From assembly GCA_963665325.3 (NCBI GenBank), contig OZ224045.1:800001-864000 (forward strand): a stretch of 64,000 bases of DNA, given 5' to 3'. A program made the translations under genes and the position numbers. The notes below the pieces were generated by a model. It worked only from the letters and a program-made list of their open reading frames with translations, searched no databases and had not been told where the DNA came from. This DNA is from Alphaproteobacteria bacterium. GTDB taxonomy: Bacteria; Pseudomonadota; Alphaproteobacteria; Bin95. Below, piece after piece: positions 62,270 to 64,000 of the stretch. How positions within the stretch are numbered: position 1 is the stretch's first letter; every line of letters starts with the position of its first letter.

Positions 62270-62449
62270 GTGAGTGGCTCACCGCTTGAAGTTTAGCCGG
62301 CAATCAAGATGCAGAGGTCATCCGAAGACAACCTAAGCTAAACGTTTTCGGCCACCGGGTGACTGTCGACTAATTCAGTCATCCTCGTTCGGATGTTTGG
62401 GCTTAACGATTTGGCGCTTCCGGCCCAAGACGATGCCTCCGGACCGCCC

Positions 62450-63445
62450 TCAGAAGCGCTCGAACATTGCCTGCAGCTCTTCGGGGTCCTTTGTGCGGGC
62501 GAGGCCGAGCATGAGGAGGATGCGGGCCTTCTGGACGGTCAGGTTGTCGGCCAGCACCGTGCCCTTGGGCCGGCGGTGCTCCAGCGGCACGAGGCGTCCG
62601 GCGCCGGCGCGCGTGCCCATGACGAAGGTGACGCCGCGCGCCATCACCTCTTCCATCACCTCATGTTCCTCGGGCGTCGGGTTGCCGGGGGCGAGCGCCG
62701 CCATGACGATGCCCTCCGCGCCGATATCCGCCATCGCCCGCAGGATCGCGCCGTCCGAGCCGCCATAGGAATAGGCGATCTCGACGCGCGGGAAGCGCGC
62801 CGGCAGGCCGAGTTCGCGCGCGGCCGCCGGCGCATGGACCCGCACCGGCCGGCGGTAGATCGCGATCCGGTCCTCGTCGGCATGGCCGAGCACGCCGAAA
62901 TCGGGCGCCTTGAAGGTCTGCGCGCGGCCGCTGTGCGTCTTGGTGACCTCGCGCGCGGCGTGGATTTCGTCGTTGAGCAGGGTCAGAACGCCCATGCCGC
63001 GCGCTTCCGGCGCGCCGGCGACGCGCACCGCGTTCAGGAGGTTGAGGAAGGCGTCGGTCGAGAGCCCCGAGGCCGGGCGCTGCGCGCCCACCAGCACGAT
63101 CGTCTTTTCCGTCTCGACCGTGAGATTGAGGAAATAGGCGGTCTCCTCCAGAGTCGCGGTGCCATGCGTGATGGCGATGCCGTCCACTTCCGGGCGCGCG
63201 GCGGTCTCGTGGACGACGGCGAGCAGGTCCGGCCAGACGGCCGGGCCCATCGCGGTCGACGGGATGGCGCGGAACGGCACCGGTACGACGTCCGCAACCC
63301 GGTCGAGCTCCGGCACCTTGGCGATCAGGTCCCCGACCTCCATCACCGTGGCGTGGTCCACATAGGTGGCGAGTTCGAGGCTGTGGTGCCCCAGGGAGGA
63401 GATCGTGCCGCCGGTGCCGATCACCGCGACGGTCGGGCGCGCCAT
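62450..63445 (-). CDS. Asparaginase / glutaminase family protein
   Basis: GTGGTI, ITHGTATLEETAYFL, VGAQRP, AREVTK, QKARILLML. Confidence 0.92.
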   Translation of the reverse strand: MARPTVAVIGTGGTISSLGHHSLELATYVDHATVMEVGDLIAKVPELDRVADVVPVPFRAIPSTAMGPAVWPDLLAVVHETAARPEVDGIAITHGTATLEETAYFLNLTVETEKTIVLVGAQRPASGLSTDAFLNLLNAVRVAGAPEARGMGVLTLLNDEIHAAREVTKTHSGRAQTFKAPDFGVLGHADEDRIAIYRRPVRVHAPAAARELGLPARFPRVEIAYSYGGSDGAILRAMADIGAEGIVMAALAPGNPTPEEHEVMEEVMARGVTFVMGTRAGAGRLVPLEHRRPKGTVLADNLTVQKARILLMLGLARTKDPEELQAMFERF

Positions 63446-63466
63446 GTGCTTGTCTCCCCTGTCAGA

Positions 63467-64000
63467 TCAGGCCGCTTCGGCCAGCATGTTGCGCAGCACA
63501 TAGGGCAGGATGCCGCCGTGCCGGAAATAGTCGAGCTCGTTCTCGGTATCGATCCGGCAGCGGACCTCGAATTCCTGCGCCGTCCCGTCCGCCCGGCGCA
63601 CCCGGCAGGTGAGCGTCGAGCGCGGCTCCAGCCCGTCGGCAACACCCAGCACATCGACCGTCTCGCTGCCGTCGAGGCCGAGCTCCTTGCGCGTCATGCC
63701 GCCGGTGAACTCCAGCGGCAGCACGCCCATGCCGATCAGGTTGGAGCGGTGGATGCGCTCGAAGCTCTCCACGATCACCGCCCTGATGCCGAGCAGCGCC
63801 GAGCCCTTGGCGGCCCAGTCGCGCGATGAGCCGGTGCCGTATTCCTTGCCGCCGAACACCACCAGCGGCACGCCCTCCTCGCGGTAGCGCATGGCGGCGT
63901 CATAGACCGACATGACCTCGCCGGAGGGCCGGTGGGTTGTCAGGCCGCCTTCCGTGCCGGGGGCGAGCTCGTTGCGGATGCGGATGTTGGCGAAGGTGCC
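63467..64000 (-). CDS. acnA: Aconitate hydratase A, C-terminal part (runs off the window)
   Basis: [46 protein letters not shown]. Confidence 0.95.
   Translation of the reverse strand, partial: GTFANIRIRNELAPGTEGGLTTHRPSGEVMSVYDAAMRYREEGVPLVVFGGKEYGTGSSRDWAAKGSALLGIRAVIVESFERIHRSNLIGMGVLPLEFTGGMTRKELGLDGSETVDVLGVADGLEPRSTLTCRVRRADGTAQEFEVRCRIDTENELDYFRHGGILPYVLRNMLAEAA

Overview
GC-rich alphaproteobacterial chromosomal window, identified by ccrM beside rnhB, the rpoZ-spoT-pdxJ-acpS-lepB-rnc-era block, DUF1674 and glcDEF. The accessory content (NHL/PAL-like protein, RM remnant, Fic, HigBA, IS debris) would fit a host-associated lineage such as a marine-invertebrate symbiont, but that is inference. 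Layout: end of a probable conjugative element (1-1.8 kb); a surface-glycan/LPS locus with duplications and decay (2-14.4 kb); a dead acyl-CoA dehydrogenase and three ribbon-helix-helix-like ORFs (14.4-17.3 kb); a branched-chain amino acid ABC transporter; HigBA; carboxylase, hydantoinase and Rieske catabolic genes; core housekeeping genes; small low-GC islets after era and after an asparaginase; hmgA, glcDEF, a frameshifted Fic, and a ThDP enzyme paired with a non-canonical transthyretin-like protein. The most unusual signal is a non-coding composite element present three times (about 17.03-17.33 kb partial, 48.47-48.91 kb, and 59.90-60.58 kb inverted). It consists of a promoter-like sequence, a conserved self-complementary core, a Shine-Dalgarno plus start codon, and arrays of CATGACA repeated every 10 bp. 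Each copy sits at a junction between accessory and core DNA. All family assignments come from motif recognition by eye; no database searches were run.
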